From NCBI RefSeq assembly GCF_008065095.1, contig NZ_CP042911.1, positions 4,110,001 to 4,142,000 of the forward strand: a DNA stretch of 32,000 nucleotides, written 5' to 3'. Under the pieces are notes generated by a model, which worked only from the letters and a program-made list of their open reading frames with translations, made no database searches and had not been told where the DNA came from. How positions within the stretch are numbered: position 1 is the stretch's first letter; the number at the start of each line of letters is the position of its first letter. A program made the position numbers and the translations under genes. The DNA comes from Gemmata obscuriglobus (GTDB lineage: Bacteria > Planctomycetota > Planctomycetia > Gemmatales > Gemmataceae). Of the stretch, positions 1 through 8,578 are shown one piece after another.

Positions 1-787
1 CGCTGATCGCCGCCAGGGCCTGGGCCGTGCGGAACAGTGCGATCGACGCCCGCGGGCTGCCGCCGAGCAAGATATCCTCGTGAGCGCGGCTCGCGTGGAC
101 AACTTCGAGGATGTACTTTTTGACCTTGTCGTCGACGTGGACGCTGCGAACCGCTTCCTGGCAGGTCATGACATCCTCGGCACTGACGACCGGTTTGAGG
201 TCGTCGATGGGGTGCCCCATCTGGAGCCGCGAGAGCATCTTGCTCTCTTCTTCCAGGCTCGGATAGCCCAGGGTCAGGCGCACCAGGAAGCGGTCGAGCT
301 GCGCCTCGGGGAGCGGGAACGTCCCCTCCTGGTCCACCGGGTTCTGCGTCGCGATGACCAGAAACGGCGGTTTCAGAACGTAGGTCTGACCGTCCACGCT
401 CACCCGCCGTTCGCCCATCGCTTCCAACAGGGCGGCCTGGGTGCGGGGCGTCGCGCGGTTGATTTCGTCGGCGAGGAGGGTTTGCGCGAACACCGGACCG
501 GCGCGGAACTCGAACTCGTTCGTTTTCTGGTTGAAGATGCTCACCCCGGTGACGTCGCTGGGGAGCAAGTCGGGCGTACACTGGAGCCGCTTGAACGCGC
601 AGCCCACGCTGCGCGCCAGCGCCCGGGCGAGCATCGTTTTCGCCACCCCCGGGACGTCTTCGAGGAGGATGTGTCCCTCCGAGAAGTACGCCGCCAGGGC
701 CAGCGTGAGCTGCGGGCGCTTGCCGATGATGACTTTCTCGATGTTGGCGATGATGCGGTTGGCAACGCCCGCCACGTCGGTAGACAT
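1..787 (-). CDS. MoxR-like AAA+ ATPase (partial; C-terminal part lies beyond window start)
   Basis: This gene is absent from the ORF track because it runs off the window. Manual minus-strand translation from ATG (complement of 785-787) gives [58 protein letters not shown]...[30 protein letters not shown]...[26 protein letters not shown]. It shows Walker A (PGVAKT), Walker B (LLADEIN) and the MoxR-type QNP...[10 protein letters not shown] block. Track ORF 80..847(+) is its antisense shadow. Confidence 0.85.
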   Translation of the reverse strand, partial: MSTDVAGVANRIIANIEKVIIGKRPQLTLALAAYFSEGHILLEDVPGVAKTMLARALARSVGCAFKRLQCTPDLLPSDVTGVSIFNQKTNEFEFRAGPVFAQTLLADEINRATPRTQAALLEAMGERRVSVDGQTYVLKPPFLVIATQNPVDQEGTFPLPEAQLDRFLVRLTLGYPSLEEESKMLSRLQMGHPIDDLKPVVSAEDVMTCQEAVRSVHVDDKVKKYILEVVHASRAHEDILLGGSPRASIALFRTAQALAAIS

Positions 788-918
788 AACGTTTTCCGGG
801 AGCACAGCGGATGTTCGGGGCCGGGAGTGTTCAACTTACGAGGTTGAAGACGCCCGCCGCCGTGGGCGATTCCGATCGTTTCCGCGTCCTCTCACTTTCG
901 TACCGACCGGAGCGACAC

Positions 919-2301
919 ATGCGCGCCTGTTTGCTCCTCCTGATCGCCTCCCTATCGCTGGGGTGCCACCGGTCTGCGCCGCCGCCGGGGGCCGCGAATC
1001 AGCCGGCCTCCCCGCCCCTCGTGAAGGTCACGCGCCCCGCCACCCGAGCAGTGAAGTGGGCCATCGAACAGCCCGCCACCGTCCAGCCGCTCGAAGTCGC
1101 GCCGATCGTCGCAAAGCTCCCCGGGTACGTCAAAACCATTGCCCCGGACACAGCGGCCCTCAAAGCCGGCACGACGCTCCCGGGCGGTCAGGCGCCCGTC
1201 ATCGACATCGGAAGTGTGGTGGAGGCGGATCAACTGCTCGCCACCGTGCATATTCCCGAACTCGCGGCCGACGTTGCTGAGAAGCGGGCGACCGTCGCGA
1301 AGGTCAGGGCCGAGTTCGTGCTCTCCGAGCGCGAGCGCGACGTGACCGACGCCCAGGTCACCGCGGGCGAGGAAATGGTGAAGGAGGCCGCGGCCGGGAT
1401 CGCCCGCAGTGATGCCGATGTCGCCCGGTGGAAAGCCGAACTCGATCAAGTGAACGCTCAAATAACGGGCGGCGTGGCGGACACGCAAACGCGGAACGTC
1501 GTCACCAAGAACTTTGAAACCGCAAAAGCGGCCAAGGTCGAGGCGGTCGCGAAGGTCGCGACCGCGGTTGCTGGCGTAAACGAACGAAAGGCCCGTCGCG
1601 CCCGCGCCCAAGCAGATGTGGAAGCTTCCGAGGCACGTGTAAAGGTGGCTGAGGCCGAGCTGGAACGCGCTCGGGTACTCGAATCGTACACGCAGGTGAA
1701 AGCGCCGTTCTCGGGCGTCGTGACGGCGCGAAACGTTCACCCGGGGCACTTCCTCCAGCCCGCGAGTGCCGGCACCGGCACGGTGCTGTTTACGGTGATG
1801 CGGTCGGACGTCGTGCGCGTGTTCGCCGACATCCCTGAAGTGAACGCCGAAAAGGCCGTGGTCGGAACGGCCGCTGCCGTGCGGGTGCCCTCGCTGGGCG
1901 GGCGCGAGTACGCGGGCAGCGTGACCCGCACGACCGGCGCGATCGACCCCGGGACGCGCACCCTGCGCGTGGAAATCGACATCGAGAACAAGGACCGCTC
2001 GCTCAAGCCCGGCGTCTACGCGACCGTCCGGATCAACGCCGAGGCCGGCGACGCCGTCGTAATCCCGGCGGGGTGCGTGCTCCCCGCCGACGAAACGCAC
2101 TACGTCTACCTGATCGAATCCGGGAAGGCGGTCAAGTACCGCGTGCAGCTCGGACGCGGCGACCCCGGTACGGTGCAGGTGCTCGGCCGGCGCAAGGCCA
2201 CCGCGACGGCCGGTGCGTGGGACAAGTTCACCGGCGCGGAGCAGGTAGTTGAAGGGAATCTGGGGGCCCTGACCGACGGGGCCGATGTCCGCACGGAGTG
2301 A
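919..2301 (+). CDS. HlyD/efflux-type periplasmic adaptor subunit (membrane fusion protein), probable lipoprotein
   Basis: I take the internal ATG at 919 of track ORF 811..2301, with GGAG 6 nt upstream. The N-terminus MRACLLLLIASLSLGC looks like a lipoprotein signal. A long Ala/Glu/Arg-rich coiled-coil hairpin (AADVAEKRATVAKVRAEF...EARVKVAEAELERARVLESY) is followed by the typical YTQVKAPFSGVVTARNV lipoyl/beta-barrel segment and a C-terminal barrel. Confidence 0.8.
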   Translation: MRACLLLLIASLSLGCHRSAPPPGAANQPASPPLVKVTRPATRAVKWAIEQPATVQPLEVAPIVAKLPGYVKTIAPDTAALKAGTTLPGGQAPVIDIGSVVEADQLLATVHIPELAADVAEKRATVAKVRAEFVLSERERDVTDAQVTAGEEMVKEAAAGIARSDADVARWKAELDQVNAQITGGVADTQTRNVVTKNFETAKAAKVEAVAKVATAVAGVNERKARRARAQADVEASEARVKVAEAELERARVLESYTQVKAPFSGVVTARNVHPGHFLQPASAGTGTVLFTVMRSDVVRVFADIPEVNAEKAVVGTAAAVRVPSLGGREYAGSVTRTTGAIDPGTRTLRVEIDIENKDRSLKPGVYATVRINAEAGDAVVIPAGCVLPADETHYVYLIESGKAVKYRVQLGRGDPGTVQVLGRRKATATAGAWDKFTGAEQVVEGNLGALTDGADVRTE

Positions 2302-2303
2302 CG

Positions 2304-3308
2304 ATGCCGTTACACCTGACCGAAGCGCAGCTCAACGAGCCGGTGACCGTTTACGCGCGGAACGACTACGCCACCCTCTACCCTGAGTGGACCGTTAGCG
2401 AGGCGCTCGCGCACATGCGGCAGCACCCACCGCCCGGGCGCATCATCTACTTCTACGTCGTCGACGACGCAATGCGGCTGGTCGGCGTGGTCCCCACCCG
2501 CCGGCTGCTGCTGGCGACCCTGGAAACGCCGATCCGGGACGTGATGATCGAGGGCGTGATCGCGATCCCGGCGTCGGCCACGCTGCTCGATGCGTGCGAG
2601 TTCTTCACGATGCACCGGCTGCTCGCGTTCCCGGTCGTGGACCAACTGCGGCGGCTGATCGGGGTGATCGACATCGAAGCTTACGCCGAGGAGCTGGCCG
2701 AAACTAGTGACCCCGGCGGCCCGCCGCCGACCCGGGACGATGTGTTCCAGCTCATCGGGGTGCGGCTCACCCGGGCGCAGCAGGCGCGCCCGCTGGTGGC
2801 GTTCCGCGGACGGTTCCCGTGGCTGCTGTGCAACGTCGCCGGGGGTACGCTCGCGGCGATCCTGGCCGAGATTTATCAGGTCGAGCTGAACTGGCAGCAC
2901 GCGGTGCTGGCGCTGTTCATCCCGGTGGTGCTGGCGCTGGCCGAGAGCGTCGCGATTCAGTCCGTAACGCTCGCGCTCGAGGCGTTCCGCGAAGCTCAAC
3001 CGTCCTGGCGCGATCTCTTCGCCCGGCTCCGCTCCGAGGCCGCGACCGGGCTCATGCTCGGCCTCGCAACGGGGCTACTCGTCGGTGCGATTGCGGCCGG
3101 CTGGCAGGGGCTCGCGAAGCTGTTCCTGATCGTCCTCGGCGGGATCGGGATCGGGGTCACATGCGCCGCCATCGTGGGGCTGGCGGTACCGCACCTGCTC
3201 CACCTGATGAAGCGTGACCCGCAGGTCGCGGCCGGGCCGATCGCGCTGACGTGCGCGGACATCGCGGCTCTGCTGGCGTACTTCAACCTCGCCCGGCTGC
3301 TCACCTGA
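2304..3308 (+). CDS. MgtE-family divalent-cation channel-like protein (CBS pair + MgtE membrane domain, no MgtE N-domain)
   Basis: Track ORF 2298..3308. ATG 2304 has GGAG 5 nt upstream. The alternative GTG 2298 overlaps the upstream stop as GTGA. A CBS-pair region (IIYFYVVDDAMRLVGVVPTRRLL...LLAFPVVDQLRRLIGVIDIEA) is followed by a five-helix membrane domain ending DPQVAAGPIALTCADIAALLAYFNLA, which resembles the MgtE C-terminal signature. Confidence 0.75.
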   Translation: MPLHLTEAQLNEPVTVYARNDYATLYPEWTVSEALAHMRQHPPPGRIIYFYVVDDAMRLVGVVPTRRLLLATLETPIRDVMIEGVIAIPASATLLDACEFFTMHRLLAFPVVDQLRRLIGVIDIEAYAEELAETSDPGGPPPTRDDVFQLIGVRLTRAQQARPLVAFRGRFPWLLCNVAGGTLAAILAEIYQVELNWQHAVLALFIPVVLALAESVAIQSVTLALEAFREAQPSWRDLFARLRSEAATGLMLGLATGLLVGAIAAGWQGLAKLFLIVLGGIGIGVTCAAIVGLAVPHLLHLMKRDPQVAAGPIALTCADIAALLAYFNLARLLT

Positions 3309-3360
3309 AGCCCCAGCCTCCGCGGCGAACACGTTTTGCCTCTTGTGACCGAGTGACAAC

Positions 3361-3396
3361 GGGCGCGTGCCGGGGTATCCTCGCGGGCACACGCCC
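3361..3396 (+). terminator. GC-rich stem-loop downstream of the MgtE-like gene (candidate terminator)
   Basis: GGGCGCGTGCC (3361-3371) pairs with GGCACACGCCC (3386-3396): 11 bp with one mismatch and a 14-nt loop. It lies 53 nt after the stop codon and has no U-tract. Confidence 0.3.
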
Positions 3397-3418
3397 GCCG
3401 CTGCCAAAGGTCACCGCC

Positions 3419-4321
3419 ATGATTAAGCTCGGTATCCTCGACTTCGACACCTCACACTGCGTCGAGTTCACCAAGCGTTTGAACCACATCGGCAACGATA
3501 AGGACCAGTTCGTTGACGGTGCCCGGATCGTGATCGGTTGTCCGGGAACGTCGAAGCTCTCGCCCGAGCGAGTCGAGGGGTTCACCAAGCAGATGAAGGA
3601 CTTCGGTGTTCCGCTGGTGGACAAGCCGGAGGACATGATCGGCAAGGTGGACGGGGTACTGATCGAGGCGGTGGACGGGACGGCCCACTACGAGCGGGCG
3701 AAGCCGTTCCTGGAGGCCGGCGTCCCGTGCTTCGTCGACAAGCCCTATGCGTGTTCCGTGACAGACGCGAAGAAGCTCGCCGAACTCGCCGCGAAGAAGA
3801 AGCTACCGCTGTTCTCGTCCTCATCGCTGCGGTACGCGCCGGAGGTGGTGACGTTCGCCGCGGACCCGAAGCGCGGGAAGCTGGTCGGGTGCGTGGTGTA
3901 CGGGCCGGCGTCGCTGTCCCCGGTTCCGGAGCGGAACGCGGGGCTGTTCCACTACGGGATTCACCCGGTCGAGGTGCTGTATGCGCTGATGGGGCCGGGC
4001 TGTAAGCGCGTTACCTGCACCCGCGACGCCGACACCGACACCGTCACCGGACACTGGGCCGACGGCCGGATGGCGACCCTCCGCGGCATCCGCAAAGGCG
4101 CGAGCGCTTACGGTTTCGTAGGGTTCAGCGAGAAGGGCGTTCAAGCCGTCACAATCGGCACCAAGTTCATTTACCGCGAGCTGCTGAAACAGATCGTGGA
4201 GATGTTCCGAACAAAAAAGTCACCGCTCGACATCGCGGAAACGATTGAGTTGGTGGCGTTTATTGAAGCCGCGAACCGGAGCGGCGCCAACCACGGGGCG
4301 GGCGAGACGGTCAAGGTGTGA
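3419..4321 (+). CDS. Gfo/Idh/MocA-like oxidoreductase-fold protein (atypical N-terminal dinucleotide loop)
   Basis: I take the internal ATG at 3419 of track ORF 3251..4321. The product starts MIKLGILDFDTSHCVEFTKRLNH. The fold is suggested by the beta1-loop position, the VDKP motif (EKP-like) in AGVPCFVDKPYA and an overall length of about 300 aa. GC3 is high in this frame. Confidence 0.65.
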   Translation: MIKLGILDFDTSHCVEFTKRLNHIGNDKDQFVDGARIVIGCPGTSKLSPERVEGFTKQMKDFGVPLVDKPEDMIGKVDGVLIEAVDGTAHYERAKPFLEAGVPCFVDKPYACSVTDAKKLAELAAKKKLPLFSSSSLRYAPEVVTFAADPKRGKLVGCVVYGPASLSPVPERNAGLFHYGIHPVEVLYALMGPGCKRVTCTRDADTDTVTGHWADGRMATLRGIRKGASAYGFVGFSEKGVQAVTIGTKFIYRELLKQIVEMFRTKKSPLDIAETIELVAFIEAANRSGANHGAGETVKV

Positions 4322-4485
4322 CGCGCCGCTGCTCGCGAGGCGCCCGCACAGACTAACAGCCGGAGCGCGAGAGCGGCAAACCTCATTCCTTTCCGCTGGC
4401 ACCGCACCGGCGCGGCTGATAGACTCGCCCGGGCACCGCACCTGAATATTCGCGCATAACCACACTCCCACAGACGGAGACGCTA

Positions 4486-6339
4486 GTGAGCAGTTCGTCC
4501 TCTCCAGGTCGGAACGAGAAGGTCCTCTTTTGGGCCAGTTTCTTCACACTTATCGCTGCCGGCATCGGGTTCTCGGTGCGCGGGTTCATCCTGAAAGACT
4601 GGGGCAACCAGTTCGGCTTTACGCAGAGCGAACTGGGCACCATCACCGGCGGCGGCCTGATTGGGTTCGGCATCGCGATCATCTTCTTCAGCTTCTGTGC
4701 CGATCGATTTGGCTACGGAAAGCTCATGATGGTCGCGTTCCTCTTGCACTCGTCCAGTGCCCTCGTCACCTTCGCGGCGGCCCCGGTATACGGCATGTAC
4801 GGTAAGGCAGGAGCTTACTGGTGCCTGTACCTCGGGATGTGGTTATTCGCGCTCGGCAACGGCACGTGTGAGGCCGTTATAAACCCTCTGACGGCGACGC
4901 TGTTCCCTCGCAACAAGACCCATTGGCTCAACATCCTCCACGCCGGCTGGCCGCTCGGCTTGATTCTTGGCGCGTTGATTGTGCTCGGGTTCAAACAAAT
5001 GGCTCCAAACGCTCAGTGGGAGATCAAACTGGGTGTGTTCTTGGTTCCGGTGCTGCTGTACGGCCTGATGATGTTCAACCGCCCGTTCCCCGAATCGGAA
5101 GCGAAGTCGGCCGGCGTACCCCTCTCCGAAATGATGCGAACGGTCGGCATGCTGGGCGCCGCGGTGGCGATCGGACTAGTTGGTGTGCTGCTGAACAACG
5201 AACTGCCGGGCCTGCTGGCTAAAGTCGGTGTTGGCGCCCCGCCGTGGATCGGCTGGGTCGTGGCCGGTGTGATCTGGCTGGGCTACGGGGTGATCGTCCG
5301 GTTTGCTCCGGGTAACCTCATCATCGCGTTCCTTTACCTTCTGCACGCACTGGTCGGATACGTCGAGTTGGGCACCGACAGTTGGATCGGGAATATCACC
5401 GAGAGAGTGCTCGCGGACGAAACCCAGGCCACCCTCGCGTTTATGTGGACGAACGCTCTGATGTTCACGTTGCGGTTCTTCGCCGGTCCGATTGTGGAGA
5501 AGATCAATCCGATCGGGCTGTTGTGCGTAAGTGCCGTGCTGGGGACGGCCGGGTTGGCTGCGCTGGGGCTCGACTTCACCAGCTCGACTTGGCCGTGGAT
5601 GCTGGCCGTTACCGTCTACGGTTTAGGTAAGACTTTCTACTGGCCGACGCTGCTAGGTGTGATCTCCGAGCGGTTTCCGAAGGGGGGGGCGCTGGCACTC
5701 GGGATTAGCGGTGGTATCGGGATGATGTCTGCCGGTCTGCTCGGCGCCCCGGGCATCGGATACAAACAGGACTACTTTGCGGTCGAGAAGATCCAAGCCA
5801 CCGCACCCTCGACCTACGAGCGGTACGTCGCACGCGGTGAAGACGGCAAGCCGGCCGCGCGAGGGTTCCCGCTGCTGACCGGGCTGATGCCAACACAACT
5901 GCCCCCGGTCGCCGGGCTCGACAACGGTAAGCTCAAGGTGTTCGACGACTGGGGCGGCGTGATCGACGAGAGCGGGAACCGCAAGGAAGGCAAAAAGACG
6001 ACGCTGGAAAGCGACATCGAAACGGTAGCCCGGCTCGAAGCCGAAGGGAAACCGGCCGGCAAGGAGCTGAAAGAGAGCTTGGACGGGTTGAAAAAGTGGT
6101 GGGACAAGGAAGGCCGGCCGAATTATGCGGCCGACAAGGAGAAGCTCAGCGAGGCACGGCTGTCCGGCGCGAAGCAGGCACTGCTTTATACTGCGGTTGT
6201 GCCGGCGGTACTGGCGGTCGGGTTCTTGCTGCTGATTCTCTATTTCATGGTGACCGGCGGCTACAAGCAGGTCCACCTCGTGGGTGAGAGGCCGTATCGG
6301 GCCACCGGCGGCGCTCCCGCCGAAGATTGGGGACGCTAA
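4486..6339 (+). CDS. MFS transporter (sugar/FucP-like) with a large hydrophilic insertion before the last helix
   Basis: GTG start with GGAGA 5 nt upstream. Multiple hydrophobic helices are visible (FFTLIAAGIGFSV, GGLIGFGIAIIFFSF, LYLGMWLFALGNG and others), along with MFS-like loop motifs (CADRFGYGKLM). Confidence 0.8.
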   Translation: MSSSSSPGRNEKVLFWASFFTLIAAGIGFSVRGFILKDWGNQFGFTQSELGTITGGGLIGFGIAIIFFSFCADRFGYGKLMMVAFLLHSSSALVTFAAAPVYGMYGKAGAYWCLYLGMWLFALGNGTCEAVINPLTATLFPRNKTHWLNILHAGWPLGLILGALIVLGFKQMAPNAQWEIKLGVFLVPVLLYGLMMFNRPFPESEAKSAGVPLSEMMRTVGMLGAAVAIGLVGVLLNNELPGLLAKVGVGAPPWIGWVVAGVIWLGYGVIVRFAPGNLIIAFLYLLHALVGYVELGTDSWIGNITERVLADETQATLAFMWTNALMFTLRFFAGPIVEKINPIGLLCVSAVLGTAGLAALGLDFTSSTWPWMLAVTVYGLGKTFYWPTLLGVISERFPKGGALALGISGGIGMMSAGLLGAPGIGYKQDYFAVEKIQATAPSTYERYVARGEDGKPAARGFPLLTGLMPTQLPPVAGLDNGKLKVFDDWGGVIDESGNRKEGKKTTLESDIETVARLEAEGKPAGKELKESLDGLKKWWDKEGRPNYAADKEKLSEARLSGAKQALLYTAVVPAVLAVGFLLLILYFMVTGGYKQVHLVGERPYRATGGAPAEDWGR

Positions 6340-6350
6340 CATCGGCTCCC

Positions 6351-6431
6351 AAGTCGAGCGGTCGCTGGTCGTAAAGTCAAATGCCACCAAGGCTAAGGTC
6401 TTCGACTTTACGGCTCGCGACCTGTCGACTT
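6351..6431 (+). terminator. Long imperfect stem-loop 12 nt after the MFS stop (terminator or structured RNA)
   Basis: Three stacked helices: AAGTCGA/TCGACTT (6351-57 with 6425-31), GGTCGC/GCGACC (6360-65 with 6417-22), CGTAAAGTC/GACTTTACG (6370-78 with 6404-12). The apical loop is 25 nt. Confidence 0.35.
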
Positions 6432-6481
6432 GAGACTTGATACTTGTCACTGAGCCCTCCGCCCGGTGAAATACCGGTGCG

Positions 6482-7279
6482 ATGCTCACTCACGCGACAG
6501 AACCGCGAACGTTCACGTTCCTCGGCACCGGCACCTCCATGGGGGTGCCGATGCTCGGCTGTGACTGCCACGTCTGCACGTCCGACAACCCCCGGAACCA
6601 CCGCTACCGCTGCTCCGTGCTGGTCAGCAACGCCCAGGGCAACCTCCTCATCGACACCGCCCCGGAGATGCGGCTGCAACTGCTGCGCGAGAACGTGAAG
6701 TTGGTCCACGCGGTCGCGTACACGCACTACCACGTCGACCACCTGTTCGGGCTGGACGACCTGCGCATCTTCCCGGTGAAGCTCAACGGCCCGCTGCCGA
6801 TGTACTGCACCGACGAGACCGAAGCGATCATCCGCCAGGCGTTTGCCTACGTGTTCGCCCCGGGCAGTGAAGACTTCCCCCTCGGGATGCTGCCCCGGCT
6901 CGACCTCCGGCGCATTGACGAGCGCCCGTTCGAGGTGCTGGGCGAAACCGTGACGCCCGTTCCGCTGATTCACGGCCGCTTCAACGTGCTCGGGTTCCGG
7001 ATCGGGAACGTCGCGTACTGCACCGACGTCAGCCACATCCCGGACCGAAGCTGGCCGCTGCTCGAGGGGCTGGACGTGTTCGTCATCGACGCGCTGCGGC
7101 CCGGCAAGCCGCACCCGTCCCACTTCGGGCTCGATCAGGCACTCGAAGTGATCGCGAAGGTGAAGCCGAAGAAGGCGTATCTGACGCACATGGCGCACAC
7201 GATGGAATACGAGGAACTGATGCGGACGCTGCCGCCGAACGTCGAACCGGCCTACGACGGCCTCAAGTTCACGTTCTAG
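6482..7279 (+). CDS. MBL-fold metallo-hydrolase, PhnP-like
   Basis: FLGTGTSMGVPMLGCDCHVCTSDNPRNHRYRCSVLV shows a PhnP-type Cys cluster after a G-rich N-terminus. HYHVDH is the HxHxDH metallo-beta-lactamase motif. No phn genes are nearby, so I give only the family. Confidence 0.8.
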   Translation: MLTHATEPRTFTFLGTGTSMGVPMLGCDCHVCTSDNPRNHRYRCSVLVSNAQGNLLIDTAPEMRLQLLRENVKLVHAVAYTHYHVDHLFGLDDLRIFPVKLNGPLPMYCTDETEAIIRQAFAYVFAPGSEDFPLGMLPRLDLRRIDERPFEVLGETVTPVPLIHGRFNVLGFRIGNVAYCTDVSHIPDRSWPLLEGLDVFVIDALRPGKPHPSHFGLDQALEVIAKVKPKKAYLTHMAHTMEYEELMRTLPPNVEPAYDGLKFTF

Positions 7280-7361
7280 TCACGCGGCCGCGCGACCCGC
7301 GGATCTGGACGCGTTGCGTCGGAGTTCGCGCTTTGGTGTTTGAGTTCCCCCCGGAGAGACG

Positions 7362-8450
7362 ATGCTTCACGCGATGATTATGGCCGGCGGCGGCGGCACC
7401 CGGTTCTGGCCCCGGAGCCGGTCCAAGCGGCCCAAGCAGTTCCTCACGTTCAGCGGTAACCGCACCCTGCTGCAAAGCACGGTCGATCGCGTGTCGGCCC
7501 AGATCCCGCCGGAGCGCACTTGGGTCGTCACCGGCGCCCAGTACGCCGACGAGACCGCGGCCCAACTGCCGGAACTGCCGCGCGACCACATCATCGGCGA
7601 GCCGGAGGGCCGCGACACGGCCCCGTGCGTCGGGCTCGGCGCCGCAATCATCGCGAAGGCCGACCCGAACGCCACAATCGCGGTGATGCCGGCCGACCAC
7701 GTCATCGAGCCGGAGCAGGAGTTCCGGCGCGCGCTCCACGCCGCGGAGCAGTTCCTGGCCGACGAGCCGAACAAACTCATCACGTTCGGCATCCGCCCGA
7801 CGTTCCCGTCCACCGGGTACGGGTACATCAAGCGCGGAGCGGCGGCGGGTACGCGCCAGGGCGTGACCGCGTCGCAGGTAGAGGTGTTCCGCGAGAAGCC
7901 CGAGTTCTCGGTCGCAGAACAGTACGTCGCGAGCGGCGAGTACGACTGGAACAGCGGCATCTTCGTCTGGAAGCCGGGCGCCATCCTCGGTGAATTGAAG
8001 GCCCGTAAGCCCGACATTCACGCGGTCGTCGCCAAGATCGCGGAGGCGTGGGGTGCGCCCGAGTTCGACGCGGTGTTCCGCGGCACGTACAACCAGGCCG
8101 AAAAGAAGAGCATCGACTACGCCGTGATGCAGGACGCGGCCAAAGAGGGCAAGGTGCTGGTCCTCGCCGCGCCCTACACGTGGGACGACGTGGGGAGTTG
8201 GCTGGCGCTGGAGCGGCGCAACCCGCAGGACGCGAACCACAACACGGTTCAGGCTAACCATTGTGGCATCGACACGAACAAGTGTGTCATCGTCGGAGAG
8301 CCGAAGACGGTTATTGCGACCTACGGCGTGAGCAACCTGCTGGTGATCCAGGACGGCGACGCGATCTTGGTCGCGGACCGGAAGCACGAGGACAAGGTGA
8401 AAGAGATCGTGGACGCGCTCAAGAAGAGCAACCGCGGGGAGTTCACGTGA
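7362..8450 (+). CDS. manC: Mannose-1-phosphate guanylyltransferase (GDP-mannose pyrophosphorylase), nucleotidyltransferase domain only
   Basis: GGAGAG Shine-Dalgarno upstream. The N-terminus MLHAMIMAGGGGTRFWPRSRSKRPKQFL is the ManC/CpsB signature. Later blocks are GEPEGRDTAP, VMPADHVI and the YGYI motif. There is no C-terminal cupin/PMI domain. Confidence 0.85.
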   Translation: MLHAMIMAGGGGTRFWPRSRSKRPKQFLTFSGNRTLLQSTVDRVSAQIPPERTWVVTGAQYADETAAQLPELPRDHIIGEPEGRDTAPCVGLGAAIIAKADPNATIAVMPADHVIEPEQEFRRALHAAEQFLADEPNKLITFGIRPTFPSTGYGYIKRGAAAGTRQGVTASQVEVFREKPEFSVAEQYVASGEYDWNSGIFVWKPGAILGELKARKPDIHAVVAKIAEAWGAPEFDAVFRGTYNQAEKKSIDYAVMQDAAKEGKVLVLAAPYTWDDVGSWLALERRNPQDANHNTVQANHCGIDTNKCVIVGEPKTVIATYGVSNLLVIQDGDAILVADRKHEDKVKEIVDALKKSNRGEFT

Positions 8451-8481
8451 GCGCGGAAGCGGAAGGACCTACCCCCCCCGG

Positions 8482-8507
8482 CCCCTCCTCCCAAAAGGGA
8501 AGGGGGG
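8482..8507 (+). terminator. C/G-rich hairpin after manC (candidate terminator or REP-like element)
   Basis: CCCCTCCTCCC-aaaa-GGGAAGGGGGG: 11-bp stem with one mismatch and one G-U pair. It lies 32 nt after the stop and is flanked by a C8 run (8472-8479). Confidence 0.3.
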
Positions 8508-8578
8508 AGACAGGGCCTTTCGAGCCGGCTCGCGAATCGAGTTCGTTGAGCGGACCCGCTGAACTCTCACTCCCCTCA

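Noticed and set aside
80-2100. ORFs 80..847(+), 441..1280(+) and 952..2100(-), overlapping the MoxR and adaptor genes.
   Set aside because: They are antisense or off-frame to genes with clear Walker motifs or coiled-coil MFP architecture, and their composition is typical of non-coding frames in GC-rich DNA. The same reasoning applies to 7269..8387(-), 11969..13525(+), 13544..14476(+), 15687..16604(-) and 28388..29460(-).
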